Positions 44,664-64,000 of a stretch of 64,000 bases of DNA are shown here, piece by piece (position 1 is the first letter of the stretch; every line of letters begins with the position of its first letter). A model generated the notes under the pieces. It was given only the letters and a program-made list of their open reading frames with translations. It searched no databases and was not told the origin of the DNA. The DNA lies in NCBI RefSeq assembly GCF_009914755.1, contig NC_060935.1. The stretch is one strand, 5' to 3'. Source of the DNA: the human T2T-CHM13v2.0 reference genome, Homo sapiens. The translations under genes were made by a program, and so were the position numbers.

Positions 44664-44919
44664 TATGCTTTTCCAGAGCAAATTAGCCCAAACATATCTC
44701 AGAATTTTATCACACAGTCATAAATTCCAGTTTTGTCCATGAATTCATAAACTTGGCCCTAAAATTTTATGGAAGCTGCCTCTGCTTGATGAACAGAGTT
44801 CTTTCCTTCAACTCTTCCAGCTCTCCTTGAAAGTTTTTCTTGTTTGTAAAGGTGCACGGTAATTCATAAATATCTCGAAGATGCAAAATAATCTAGTGGT
44901 ATACCTTGCATTCTTCAAA

Positions 44920-45190
<271 letters not shown>

Positions 45191-45412
45191 TGATTTCTAA
45201 AATTAAAACATTATATTGATTGAATTATTCTACACTAGTTACAAATTTATATTTCTACTCAGCCTGGGGGACTTATCAAATGAAAATTAAATATAGTCTC
45301 TAACTGCCATTTTTTTCAAATATACGTATCCAAAGTATGTTTGAATATATGGATGTTTGTCAATAAATTATTGGTGCTTTCAATTTTTTTTCAAACCTAG
45401 CATGTTAACATA

Positions 45413-45929
45413 TTGTATCAGAAACTTTTGTCTGCAAATGAAAGAAAACCCAAATCACAACAACTTAAACAATACAGAGAATTTATTATGTCACATAAAC
45501 GATATATACCAAGGCTCTAGAGTTAGTAATTTCTGGGCTTCATATTATCATCAATAACTTAAGTTCTTCCCATTTTCCATTTTGCCATCCTCAGAAAATT
45601 GGCCCTGTCCTCAGTCAAGCCCAGTCAAGTTAGCTACCACATTTTCAGGAAAGGAAAAGCCTGTTTCTTCCTCAGGGTTTCTTTTATGTGAAAACATCTT
45701 TTGAAAATAAAAAGCCAACAATGCTCCTTTTTTATATATCTCACTGGCCAAAACTGTATCACCTACCAATTCCTAAAACAAACACTAGCAAGGGGAATGA
45801 GAGTAGCAAACTGACTTAGGCTAACTAGGATTTATTCCTGAGTTGGGGATATGAGCACCTTCTCTGAGCAAACTATTGATTTCATTAACAACAACAACAA
45901 AAGTGAAAAAAGGATATGTGTCAGCTACA
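45413..45929 (-). mobile_element. old MaLR LTR (MLT1J/K/L-like)
   Basis: TGTATCAG...CTGCAAATGA.AGAAAACCCAA...CTTAAAC; TCTCACTGGCCAAAACTG; ends GCTACA. Confidence 0.65.
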
Positions 45930-47203
45930 AGCGTCTTGACAGATCAATTGAGCCAATCAAGATTTAGGAAGATGAGACTTTCAGAGCAGCTTGGTTGATT
46001 TCCTTGATATTAGTTATTTACTACTGTTTACTAAAAGCCTACTTTGTGTCATACTCTCTACTAACCACTTTACCTAACAATATCATAGCATTAAAATAAA
46101 CCAAGTCCGTATTCTCTAATTCAACTACTTCCAGTTATACCATAAATTCCTTATGATCACATATAGAAATAGAAGGAAAGATTACAATCTTGATTCCTCC
46201 CTTTCTTGTACCAGGTAGCTGGTTTCACATGCAGAAATCTCAAGAAAGTCTCTATTCAATAATGATGTCAAGGAAGATACAAACAGCTTTTTCTTGTCTT
46301 CTAAAAAAACTCGAAACATCTTTGACTTTCTTTCTTTGCAGGCTTTCCATCTGTGGCAAGTGAACTACTTTTTCTGTGTTTGAACCAAAAGTTTCCAATC
46401 TGTTATCATCAGCTGGTTAGGTTGGATTAATTTATGCAGGCTGGCAAATCTCATAAAATATTTTTTGCCAGAAAGCTTAGACAAATCATAGCATTTGACT
46501 GCAGGTTTCATGAGACATGCCCTTGGAACAGGGAAGAGAGAACAGGATTATTAAGGCAGGAGTCTAGAAAAAGCCTATGTTTACAAGCATTCTTTTGCAA
46601 GTGGAAAGAGACCATCCAAAAGTGTATTGCGTAGCTATTTCTTGCAATTAAAAACACACAACACATCTCTAACTCCTATAATTAGACTTGGCATGTTTCT
46701 TTTTCTCATAAAATGTCAGAATTGTGGAATTCCTGAGATCATCTGGAAAACAATACACAAAAAGAATATGACAAATGTTCTTTATCTTCAGAATAAACAT
46801 ATTACATGTAAACCATCTGAGAAGGAAAAACACGCAAGCTGGATCCAAGTTTCCCCAAACATCTTACAGTTTAAGTGAGGGTAACCATTGATAGACTATA
46901 TATTGTAAAAAGATACTAGTACTTCTGAGGAAATTTACAATTCAGCAACACAACTTATAAAATACCATTAAAATGCTGTCTTCTATTCATACAGCGAAAA
47001 CCTATAGAGCTATTTTGAAAAAACAAAAACCAAGAAAGCTCTTTATGTCCTTGACATAGTAAGGTCTCTAAATATATAGCAAATAGAGAAAGGGAGATCA
47101 GTACAGTGTGTATATTATGACACCATTTGTAAAACATTATCTGTGTTCATCATTTTCTTATATATGTATAAAATAACTCAGAAGGGATTAAAAAAAAAAA
47201 GGG

Positions 47204-47584
<381 letters not shown>

Positions 47585-47719
47585 CTATATAGCTTGTATA
47601 TTTTGCTGGATTTTATATCATGTAAATGTACTGTCTATTCAAAAATGAATTTGAAAATTCTCAGAATCCAGCTTCTACAAAAATAGAGTAAATGTGCTTT
47701 TCGCAATTCCTCCTATTAA

Positions 47720-48182
47720 GTACAAATGAAAACTCTGGACATTCTAAAACAACTCTGGAAAGGGAGAGAAGGCACGTCAGTTAAGGTGGAGGCCATCGGA
47801 AAACCTGGACTTCTAAACCCACCTAATGGAAACAGGGCACCCCCACCCCTCCTTGCTGGGGTGGTGTCAGAGGAGGCAGGGTGAAGAGTTAGGACTTTAA
47901 TCAGCAATTCGTGGTAACAAAACTGCATTCCTCCTCACCACCCTTTGTGTGCAATGGATGATTTGTAGTGAGTAGTGATGAGATGCCTCTCTTCCTCCAA
48001 GCTAGGGTGAAATCAGCAATGACCTAATGAGAAGCTTGAACTACCATACCCATTCAGCAATAACAAAAAGTTCCTCCTCCCCTGTGTCAATAAAGACCTA
48101 GACTTCTACCCCCACCTGGCAATAACAGGATATCATCCTCCTACCAGAGGAGTGTCAGAAAAACTTGCTGTAACACAAGATC
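47720..48182 (+). mobile_element. old L1M 5' region (host of the L1PA13 insertion)
   Basis: repeated GACTTCTA..CCCACCT motifs; continues at 55473 beyond the TSD. Confidence 0.5.
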
Positions 48183-50084
48183 TAAAATAAGATCCAGAGA
48201 TGGGGCCAAGATGGTTAATTAGAAGCAGCTGCAGTGTGTGACACTCTTCCAAAGGAATAAAAAGGAGTCAACACAGCACCTTTCACTGAAATATCCAGAT
48301 ACTTGCATTGGAACTGATCAGGGAAACAACCTGACTCACAGAGAACCAAGAAATGCAGGGTGGGCAATGACTCCCCAGGAGCCACACAGAGCCAAGAGAA
48401 CCCCCACCCCCAGCCAAGGTAAGCAGTGAGTCAATGTGCAACCCTGGGAAAACCATGCTTCTCCCATGGATCTTTGCAACCTTTGGGTCAGGAGATGCCC
48501 TCATGAGCCCACTGCACCTGGGCCTTGGGTGACTCCACACAGCTCTCCCAAAGAGCAGCTACTGGCGCACAATAGAGACCCAAGAGCTTTACGTACTCCA
48601 GTCCCAGGATTCCTAACAAAAGTAACTGCAACTCAGGCAGGGCAGGAGGTCTGCACATACCCCTAGGAAGGGGGTTGAATCCAGAGAGCCAAGCAGCATC
48701 TGTCTGCAGGTCCCACCTCCACAGCAGCTCACAAGGCAAGACCCACTGGCTTGGAATTCCAGCAAGCCACCAGCAACAGGGTGGAGCCTGCCTGAGAAGG
48801 GACAAAGCCCCTGGGGGAAAGGGTGGGCCACCGTCTTTGCTGTTTGGTCAAATCAGGCGTTCCAGCCTCCAGGCTTTGGAGAGTCCAAATGGTCCAGACA
48901 AAGATGGGTCTCCCCAGCTACTTTGCCAGAAAGTGGCCAGACTGCTTCTTTAAGCAGGACCCCTATCCATTCCTCCTAACTGGGCAGGACCTCCCAGCTG
49001 GGGCCTCCAGGTGCCCCCACCCACCAGAGCTCTGATCTTGCCTTGGGACAGAGTGCTGGGTTCCAGGGACTGGCCACCAGCTTTCTTGTCTGGACAACTC
49101 AGCTGTTGCAGCCTGCAGGCTTTGGACAGTCCAAGCCAACAGGGACAGAGGCAGTTTCCCAGTACAGCGTGATTTTTTTTTTATCGAGGTGTGGCCAGAC
49201 TGCCTCTTTAAATGGGACCCTGATCCAGTCCTCCGCTTAGAGCAGGTCCTCCTGGCTGGGGCCTCCAGCCACCCCTACCTGTATTCTACGAACAGAGTTC
49301 TGATTTCTCCCTGGGATGAAGTGCCTAGTGGGAGGGGCAAGCTGCCACCTTTGTTGTTTAGATAACTCACTCAGCTGCTCTAGCCTGCAGGATCTGGGGA
49401 GTCCAAGCCAACCCAGGCAGAGGTGGTTCCCCAATATGGCACAGCTCTTTTGTCAAGTTGTGGCCAGGCTGCTTCTTTAAGTGGGACCCTGATCCATTTC
49501 TTCTCACTGGGCGGGTCCTCCCACCTGAGGCACCTGGCCACCCCTGCCTGTATCTTAGGGCCATCAGAGTTTTAATTTCTCCCTGGGACAGAGTGCCACC
49601 ACCTTTGCTGTTTGGGCATCTCAGCCAGTCTAGCCTGCGAGCCTTGGAGTGCCCAAACCGATCAGGGGCTGAAGGGATCCCCAATACCGGACAGCTGCTC
49701 TACCAAAATGCAGCCAGAATGCTTCTTTAAAGAGGTCTGTGATCCAGTTCTTTCTGATGGGTGAGATCTCCCAATTGGGGTCTCCAGCCTCCTCCTACAG
49801 GTGCCTTAGGGCCAACAACAGGTCAGCATCCCCTGAGACAGACCTTCTAGAGGAAGAGGCAGGCTGCCATCTTTGCTGTTTTGTAGGCTACACTGCTGAT
49901 TCCTACAGGTATTAGAAAAACTGAGGTGACTAGGGTCTGCAGCGGACACCCAGCAAACTGCAGCAGCCATACTAAAGAGTGGCCAGAGTATCAAAAGAAA
50001 AAACAAACAAACAACAACAAAAACACAAGAACCCCATCCAAAGGTAAGCAACCTCAAAGACTGAAGGTAGATTAGCCCAGAAAT

Positions 50085-51430
<1,346 letters not shown>

Positions 51431-51477
51431 CAAGTCTGCAAAATAACCAGCTAGCATCATGATGACCAGCTAGCATC

Positions 51478-55180
<3,703 letters not shown>

Positions 55181-55472
55181 TCAAATATTGCATGTTCTCA
55201 CTTATAAGTGGGTGCTAAATGATAAGAACACACGGGCACATTGGGGGGAACAACACCCACTGGGGCCTGTTGGAGGGAAGGGGTAGGAGGAGAGAGGGGA
55301 TCAAGAAGAATAGTTATTGGATGATGGGCTTGATACCTAGGTGATGGAATGATCTGTGTAGCAAATCACCATGGCACACATTTACCTATGCAAGAACTCT
55401 GCACATTCTGCACATGTACCTCTGAACTTAAAATAAAAGTAGGAAATAAAAAATAAAATAAGATACTGAGAT

Positions 55473-57066
55473 GTAAAACATAACACCTCAAATATACATA
55501 TGTCAATTGAAAATTACTCATCACACCAAAAACCAGGAAGATCACAAAGTGAATTGGAAAAAACGACCAAAAGACACCAACACCATGATGATGGTAATGT
55601 TAGAATTATCTGGTAAGCATTTTAAAGCAGACATCATAAATATGCTTTAGGAGCAGTCATAAGCATGCTTGAAACAAAGGAAAAAAATGAGTTTAAACAT
55701 AGAAAGTGCTGGAAAAGAAATAAAATACATTTTAAAAGAACAAAATGGAAATTGTAAAGGTAACAAATACCGTAATACAGTTAAAAAATCACACACACAA
55801 TAGATGAGCTCAACAGCATAATGGAGAGGAAATGAAAATCAGTGAAATTAAAGATAAAACAACAGAAATTGTCCAATGTAAAAAAAAAAAAAAACAGAAA
55901 GAAAATGAGCTGAAAAATAAATAATAAGAACCTCAGAAATGTGTGGGACTATAAGAAAAGATTTAACATTTATGTCATCAAGTTCAAGAAAAAGAAGAGA
56001 AAGAAAGTAGTGCTAATAAAGTATTCAAAGAAATAATGACAAAAATTTTTCCAAATTTGGCAAGAGACATAAACCTACAGATTCAAGAGGCTGAACAAAT
56101 CTCATATAGAATCAAACCTAAGTAAATCCATTCCAAAATACATCAAAGTCAATCTTCTGAAAACTAAAATCAAATAAATAAATAAATGAATAAATACAAA
56201 CTTTGAAAGCAGAAAAAGAGAAACAATGCATCATAACATAAGGGGATACGGGGAAAACATTCTAGTGAATGTTTTCACTAGTAACCATGGGTCCCTGAAA
56301 GCTATGTCACAGCAGTTTTTTAAGTGCTGAAAGAAAAGGACTGGCAACCTAGAATTCTATATCTAATTCAACTATCTCTTAAAAATGAAAGAAAAATCAG
56401 GGCATTCTCAGATGAAAGAAAACTCTCTTTGTCACCAGCAGAACTATCCTAAATGAACATCCTAAGGAAGTTCTCTAAACAGAAACAAAGGTATAAAAGT
56501 AAGAATCTTAGAATATCAAGAAAGGAAAAAGAACACACAAAAAGCAAAAATATGGGTAAATTCAATATACTCTCATTATCTTCGGGAGTTTTTGACATTA
56601 TGTGTGATATTTGAAACAAAAAATATAACAGTTACTACCAAAATATTTAAGACTATTATATTAAAGGATTGAGGGAATAAGAATAAAAGTATGATTTCTA
56701 TACTTTAAAATTGGTAAAATGCCAACACTGGTAGACTTGGCTAAGTTATGTTTGTATAACATAATACCCAGAGAAAGAACTAAAATGATATACAATAAGA
56801 TACATTCTAAACACCATAGGTCAATCAAAATGGAATTCTAAAAACAATGTTCAAGTAGCCCACAGGAAGATGGAAACAAAAGTAAACAGAGGAACAAAAA
56901 CTGGAAAGAACAAACGGAAAATAAAAATAAAATGGGAGATCTGCATTGAACATATCAATAACTACATTAAACATAAATAGTCTAAATAGGCCAATTAAAA
57001 GAAATTGGGAAAGTGGATAAGAATAACATGACACAATTACAAACTGTCTACAAAAGTTACTTCATA

Positions 57067-57101
<35 letters not shown>

Positions 57102-57535
57102 GTTGAAAGTTAAGAATGGAAAATGATATACTATGCCAACATTAACCAAAAAAAATCAGGAGTGGCTATACTAATATCAGATAAAGTATATTTCAAAGCA
57201 AAGGAAATTACCAAAAACAGAGATATTGCCTAATGATAAAAGAGTCAATACATCAAGAAGACATAGCAATCCTGAATGTGTATGCACCAAATGGCACAGT
57301 GGTAAAATATGTAAAGCAAACACTGATACAACTGAAAGAAATAGAAAAATCACAATTATAGTTAGGGACTTCAACACCCCTCACTCAACAACTTATAGAA
57401 AAACTAGACAGAATCAACAAGGATATAGAAATACTCAACAATGCCATCAGCTAACAGGATCTAATGTGTTGTTGCTGCACCCAACAAAAGCAAACACGTT
57501 CTTTTCAAGCACCCATTGTAACACGCACCAAAACG
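55473..57535 (+). mobile_element. old L1M ORF1 to ORF2-endonuclease relic
   Basis: AACCTACAGATTCAAGA, CAACCTAGAATTCTATATC, ITIIVRDFNTPHS in ORF 57226-57549. Confidence 0.85.
57071..57099. repeat. (TA)n microsatellite
   Basis: read directly. Confidence 0.95.
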
Positions 57536-59069
57536 GACCGTATCTGTGATACAATACTTATTTATGTGTCTGTCTCCTCTGTAAGACAGAACTTTTTAAG
57601 GGCACATATTCCAGTTTACCCATCAGTGTATCTCCAGAGGCAAAAGTATACCTATATATAGGAGTCACTGAATAATACTTTAATAAACCAGTTTAATGAA
57701 CAGTGTATTTAATAAGTTGCAGAAAAGAATAAACTATGAAGCTATCCTATAATCTTTAATTTTTAAAACATCCAAGCAAAGTGTTAAAGGATTAAAAAAC
57801 TTTGATTCTGGATAACAATAAACATTATTTATTTTCTGTTATCAAAATATTTTTAGTACTTACATAGCAAGAAAACTTCAATTTTATTTAAACTTTATTC
57901 CCAAAAGAATATTCCTTGTAATTCACCTTCCAGTATAGCTAGATAAGTCTCTATTACATTGAGTCTCCTGCAGATACCAACTTTAAACTCTGCACAAAAT
58001 ACAAAACAAAACAAAAAAGACAAAAAGTTCCCTCAAGTTACTAGAGAGTAACGAAAAGAAAGAGGGAAGTCAACATTTGGATAAAGGAAAAGGAAACTTC
58101 AGGAACATGTTTTCTGTTTTTATGGCTTTTAGCCTGAGGCTGCAGGCAGGCAATGCCTAGTGGAATTGCTAAAACTTTTTATAGAAAGCCTATATATGGT
58201 CCTTCTAAACTGAAGAAGAGGAAGTTTGAGAAACTATAGCAACTGCAAAGTGAGGGGGAATTCCAGAAAAGAGAAGTACTAGAGAAGAACTTCGGCTTTT
58301 GTGTATAAACTATGCCCAAATCTCTGGCTGACTCCAGAACCATGCAACCAAAAAAACTGCAGCAAGGGATCAGAGAACAGAATTGAGATTTGAACTTGCA
58401 CCTGAGAAAAATTTTTAGTGTTAGTTCAAACAAGTTAAGTGTTGGCTTAAACAAAATAACTAATATTCTTCAGAAGAATGTAACAGAATCTAATCACTTC
58501 ATAACCTTTTGGCTAATATCAAGTGTAGAAGAATATAACAGAATCCAGAATTTTCACAACATAATGTTCAAAATGTCCAGAATATAATACAAATATACTC
58601 CATATACAAGGAACCAGGAAAATAGGACTCTTTCTCACAGAAAAGACAATCAACAGAGACCAACCCCAAGATAATCTAGGTGTTGGAATTAGTAGACAAA
58701 GATTTTATAGCCACTGTTATAACTCTGCTCAATGACATAAAAGAAAATATGCTCGTGATGAATAAGAAAACAAAAAATCTCAGCAGAGAAAATGCAATAT
58801 CTGAAAAATGCAATATCTATAAATAAATAAAGAAAGAATGCAATATCTGAAAAAAATACTAGGTGAGATAAAAGCAAAATGGAAATATAGAGGAAAGAGT
58901 CAATGAACTTGAAGATAGATAAATGGAAATTATCCAATCTGAATAAGAGACAGAAATGAGATTGAAATGAAATGAACAGGAATATGTGGGAAAATAGCAA
59001 AGGGTCTAACATACAAGTAACTGAAGCCCCAAAAGAAGAGGAGAGGAACAAATGACTAAAAAATTTTCA

Positions 59070-59365
59070 GCCTGTAATCCCAGTACTGCCCGTAATCCCG
59101 GTACTTTGGGAGGCTGAGGCAGGCAGATCACTTGAGGCCAGGAGTTAGAGACCAGCCTGGCCAACATGACAAAACAATGTCTCTACTAAACATATAAAAA
59201 TTAGCTGGGCATGATGGCACACACCTGTAGTCCCAGCTTTTCAGGAGCCTGAGGCACAAGAATTTCTTGAAACCAGGAGGCAGAGGTTGCAGTGAGCCAA
59301 GATCACATAAGTGCACTCCAGTCTGGGAGACAGAGTGAGACTCTGTCTCAAAAAATAAATAAATA
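59070..59365 (+). mobile_element. Alu SINE, 5'-truncated, with duplicated first 18 bp
   Basis: GCCTGTAATCCCAGTACT GCCCGTAATCCCGGTACT then TTGGGAGG; (TAAA)n tail. Confidence 0.94.
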
Positions 59366-59410
59366 AATTTGGTAAATGATAATGATATACATTTATAGAT
59401 TCAGGAAGAA

Positions 59411-59548
59411 TGTAACCTCTAAAAAATATATGTAAAAAAAAAATTAGTAAAGTCTTCTTGGACAAATGCCTAAATGCAGATCTCAGACAAGGAATGTACG
59501 GTATGGACCTGGAATGTTTTGTTTCATTGGAAACCAAGAAAGCTATCA
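59411..59548 (+). repeat. copy 1 of ~135-bp direct repeat (copy 2 at 61438-61574)
   Basis: 59441-59548 matches 61467-61574 with no mismatch seen by eye. Confidence 0.95.
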
Positions 59549-60030
59549 AGTAGAATAAATGCAAAGAAAACCAAATGCTCAGGCACATCATAGTCAAACT
59601 GATAAAAAAAAAAACATTAAAATAAACAATAAAGAGAATATCATGAACACATCTAGAAATTACATTTTGGGGACAAGAATTTGAATATCTATTAATTTCT
59701 CATCAGAGACAATGGAGACCCAAAGACAATAAAACAAAATCTTTCAGTGCTGGAAAAATAACTGAAAACACTGTCGTGATGTTAGCCAAGAAAAATCGAT
59801 TATTTATGTTATCAACACAGTATCACCCATATAAATGACATGGTATTTCTAATATTTCTTTTCATAAATTTTCAGATCTCACATCACAGAAATATACAAG
59901 TGAAAATCTGACACACTTTTAGGAGCATAGGCATTTTTGTAGCATTTCTCCACATCATTCAAAACTGCCTGAGCTACAGCTTCCAAATACATATGTTCCT
60001 ATTATTGCCAACAATTTAAAGTTTAATATC

Positions 60031-60365
<335 letters not shown>

Positions 60366-60660
60366 TGAAGTTTGATATTTGTGTAAGACTGACAGAGAGC
60401 ATGCCAGGTCTTTTCTAGATAATCTTCCCTGCATTTCCTAGCACTCAAACTATGGTAATTATGCTAAGCATTCTCAACCTTCAAGTCCTCCCATTGTCTT
60501 TCCCCTCCATTTACTCCTGGTTATTACCTTCATTCCTGTATCAACAAGTTGAGGAATAAGCAAATTAATTTATTCAGCTTTATCTACTATTCATTCCCTC
60601 ATTTAGAAAACATTTGCAATAAATTCCATATGAATGGGAAAAACTGCTAAGACAGCTATT

Positions 60661-61105
60661 AGAAATACTTGCACATGCATATTGATAGTAGCACAATTAG
60701 CAATTACAAAAATATGGAAGCAGCCTAAATGCCCATTGACCAATGAGTGAATAAAGAAAAGTTGGTGTATATACACCATGGAATACTACTCAGCCATGAA
60801 AAGAAATGAAATAATGCCATTCACAGCAACCTGGATGGAGTTGAAGACCATTATTCTAAGGGAAGTAACTCAGAAATGGAAAACCAAATATCCTATGTCC
60901 TCACTTATAAGTGGGAGCTAAGCTATGAGGACGTGAAGGCATAAGAATGATATAATTGACTCTGGGAAGTCAGAAGAAAGGAGTGTGAGGGATAAAAGAC
61001 TACAAATTCAGTAGCGTACACTCTCGGGTGATGGGTGCACCAAAATCTTAGTAATTACCGTTAAAGAACTTATCCATGTAACCAAAAACCACCTGTTCCC
61101 CAAAA
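60661..61105 (+). mobile_element. L1PB1-like 3' end
   Basis: GGGAGCTAAGCTATGAGGA, GGGATAAAAGACTAC, CATGTAACCAAAAACCACCTGTTCCCCAAAA. Confidence 0.88.
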
Positions 61106-61437
61106 CTATTTAAATAAATAAATATAAGAGAAATAAGAGGCATGATCAGGATTATAGAGCTTATAGGAACAACCTCTGCTGGTAACTTAGATTGGGAGAC
61201 ATTGGCATATGGATGTAGTTTATCCCAGGGAAATGGATATGTTCACCCAGAGAAAGTGTAAAAATTGAGATTGTAGGGGAAATCAGCATTTATAAAGACT
61301 GAGAAGAAACATCCAGAGAAATTAGAAAAAAAAAAAAAAATTCAAAAGAGGTTCATGTATTAGAAACCAAAGGAGAGTACTTCAAGAACAGAATAGAAAA
61401 GCGCCCTCTAATTCTGTACATCCTGTAATCCCAGGAC

Positions 61438-62080
<643 letters not shown>

Positions 62081-63363
62081 AACTGAGATTTTAAACATCA
62101 AAAGAGGGAGTCAAGTTATCTGCTGAGAGTATGTAGGAGATGTGGTGGAAGAGAAGGCCCAAGGAAACTGGACAAGTTGAAAATGGGTTTTGGAGAACAT
62201 GAGCAACGTGAGAGAGAGCTCAGCATGGAAAAGTAGAAGGACTACATATGGTGTTTAGTATATTTATTCTGATAATATTTAAGTTAATTTGCTGCACTAA
62301 ACAGCCATGTATAGAAACTAAGCAAACATGCAATAGGATTTTGCACGGCTAATGCAACAGAAAAAGTTAAGAAAGCAAGGAGTTAGCAATTAAATGAGTA
62401 GCTGAAGTTTTCTCCCTTGTCTTTTTAACAAACCTCTTACCCAGATTTACCCTCTTTTTTGACATTCTGCTAAGTAGATATGTTTTCGTTTCAAAGGCTC
62501 ACCCATCCTGTGACTTAGCCTCATCCTTTGAGCCTGCTCCATACCACTGCACAGACCACACTTTGTTACCCTTTCACTCTTTTGCATATTTCAGCCAGCC
62601 AGCTCTTATGGTGCATTTCTCTGGGTTTATAAATGTGTGCAGCTTTTCGCCATCCCAGTGAAAACAAAAAGCATTTACCTTGTTGCCTTCTCTATCCACC
62701 ATCTTATTCCACACCTTTCCTTTATTGTCAGGTTTCTCAAATGAATCTGCAACACCTGTTTTCTCCACCTGAGCGTGAGATCCTTTTACAATCTGATTCT
62801 GCCCTAATTATCCTACATGATCATCAAACCCAAGGACTTCTTTTCTATTTTTGCCTTACTTTGAATTGGGAGGTGGACCGACCCTCGGTATTGTTGCTAT
62901 CTCTTTCTCCTCTAAATCCTCTCTCCCTTAGGAGCTTAATATGGAGGAGCCTTATATCTGCTACTTACTACTTTTGTGACTTTTGTCACTAAAATAATAT
63001 TAGTGATATGTATTGGGCACTTACTACAAACTTCAATAAGCAGTTTAGACACTGTATCTCAGTTAATTCCTTGACAATCCTATAAGAATAGTATTATTAT
63101 TTTTATTTCATCCCAGTAGTGGTGAGATAAGAGGTGACTTTTTTCATTCTGCCTTTTATAAAAAGAAAAATTTCTCTTTAAACATATTTAATTCCCTTCA
63201 ATCATATCACCATACTGATTCTTCTTTTACCCTTGTAATTGCTTCTTTGTGGCTGTCACTGGTTCTTCTTTTTTCTGCTCTTCTGAATGTGATTTTCCTC
63301 TAGGCATCTGTCCTTGAATCTTTCCTAGTGTCTTTGTGTCTGTGAAGTCAATGTGTCCCAAGG

Positions 63364-63545
63364 CAGGGCTTTTCAAAGTGTGGTCCCCAGACAAGCAGCA
63401 TTAGTACTTGCCTTATTAGAAAAAAAATGATCTGGCCCAACATCAGACCTACAGCACCAAAAACCCTGGGTGTGGGGCCCAGCCATCTGTGTTTTAACCA
63501 GTCCTCCAGGTGATTGTAATGCATGTTGAGTACTGAGAATTACTG
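63364..63545. mobile_element. MER5A hAT-Charlie MITE (further MER5-like piece to ~63710)
   Basis: TCAAAGTGTGGTCCCCAGAC.AGCAGCAT...GTGGGGCCCAGC.ATCTGTGTTTTAAC...TGAGAA..ACTG. Confidence 0.85.
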
Positions 63546-64000
63546 TTCTAACGTATGAAGCACAGACCACCTGCATCAAAATCACTGGAGTGCTGGTGGA
63601 ATATACAAATTCTTGGGCCCCATCCTAAACTCATTTCATTAGAGTCTCTAAGGTCAGAGCCAGCCACTGCAAGATACTCCCTTTCACACTAAAGTCTAAA
63701 AATCTGTACTCCATGCCCTCTCTCAGAGATAAACTAATGAGGCTTCAGTTACAGTTTCTTCACAAATGATCCCTAAGCCTGTACCTCCAGGCCTTATTTT
63801 CAGTTGACTATTAGGCATGTCCACCAATTTTTTGGCTACTACTTCAAAGTCAGTATGTATTCTAATACGATGCCCATTATTCCTTTTACCGCCTGCAAAT
63901 GACTTCTGACTTTTTTATTTCTGTACCAATCGTTCAGGCCTAAGCCTCATTAACTAGGAGTTGTCTTTGTCAAATATAACTCCCTGACTACAAATCCAAT

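Larger units (their letters stand above)
57925..59765 (+). mobile_element. second old L1M 5'/ORF1 relic
   Basis: GAAAAGACAATCAACAGAG, AATGAACTTGAAGATAGA, GGCACATCATAGTCAAACTG. Confidence 0.75.

Noticed and set aside
46185-46405. Minus-strand open stretch (SSSLATDGKPAKKEKSKMFRVFLED...)
   Set aside because: No recognisable homology and no clear splice boundaries

Overview
Primate (human-like) non-coding genomic DNA, AT-rich and dominated by interspersed repeats: about 20 Alu copies, a full-length but dead L1PA13-like LINE-1 with target-site duplications (48.2-55.5 kb), a rearranged antisense L1PA fragment (34.5-36.6 kb), older L1M/L2/MIR relics, MaLR/ERVL/ERV1 solo LTRs and MER5/Tigger DNA transposons. 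I could not recognise any intact cellular protein-coding gene, RNA gene, CpG island or CRISPR array. The longer ORFs in the track are decayed L1 ORF1/ORF2 pieces, Alu read-throughs or low-complexity artefacts. I found no evidence for a new biological system. The most notable signals are footprints of DNA repair and retrotransposition: a near-identical ~135-bp segment copied over 2 kb, a cluster of short local duplications, an Alu-L1 fusion, an in-frame L1 RT deletion, an Alu insertion with target deletion and a minisatellite born inside an LTR. There is also a speculative minus-strand terminal exon near 43.8-44.0 kb. Repeat subfamily names are from memory of consensus sequences, and boundaries of old repeats are approximate.
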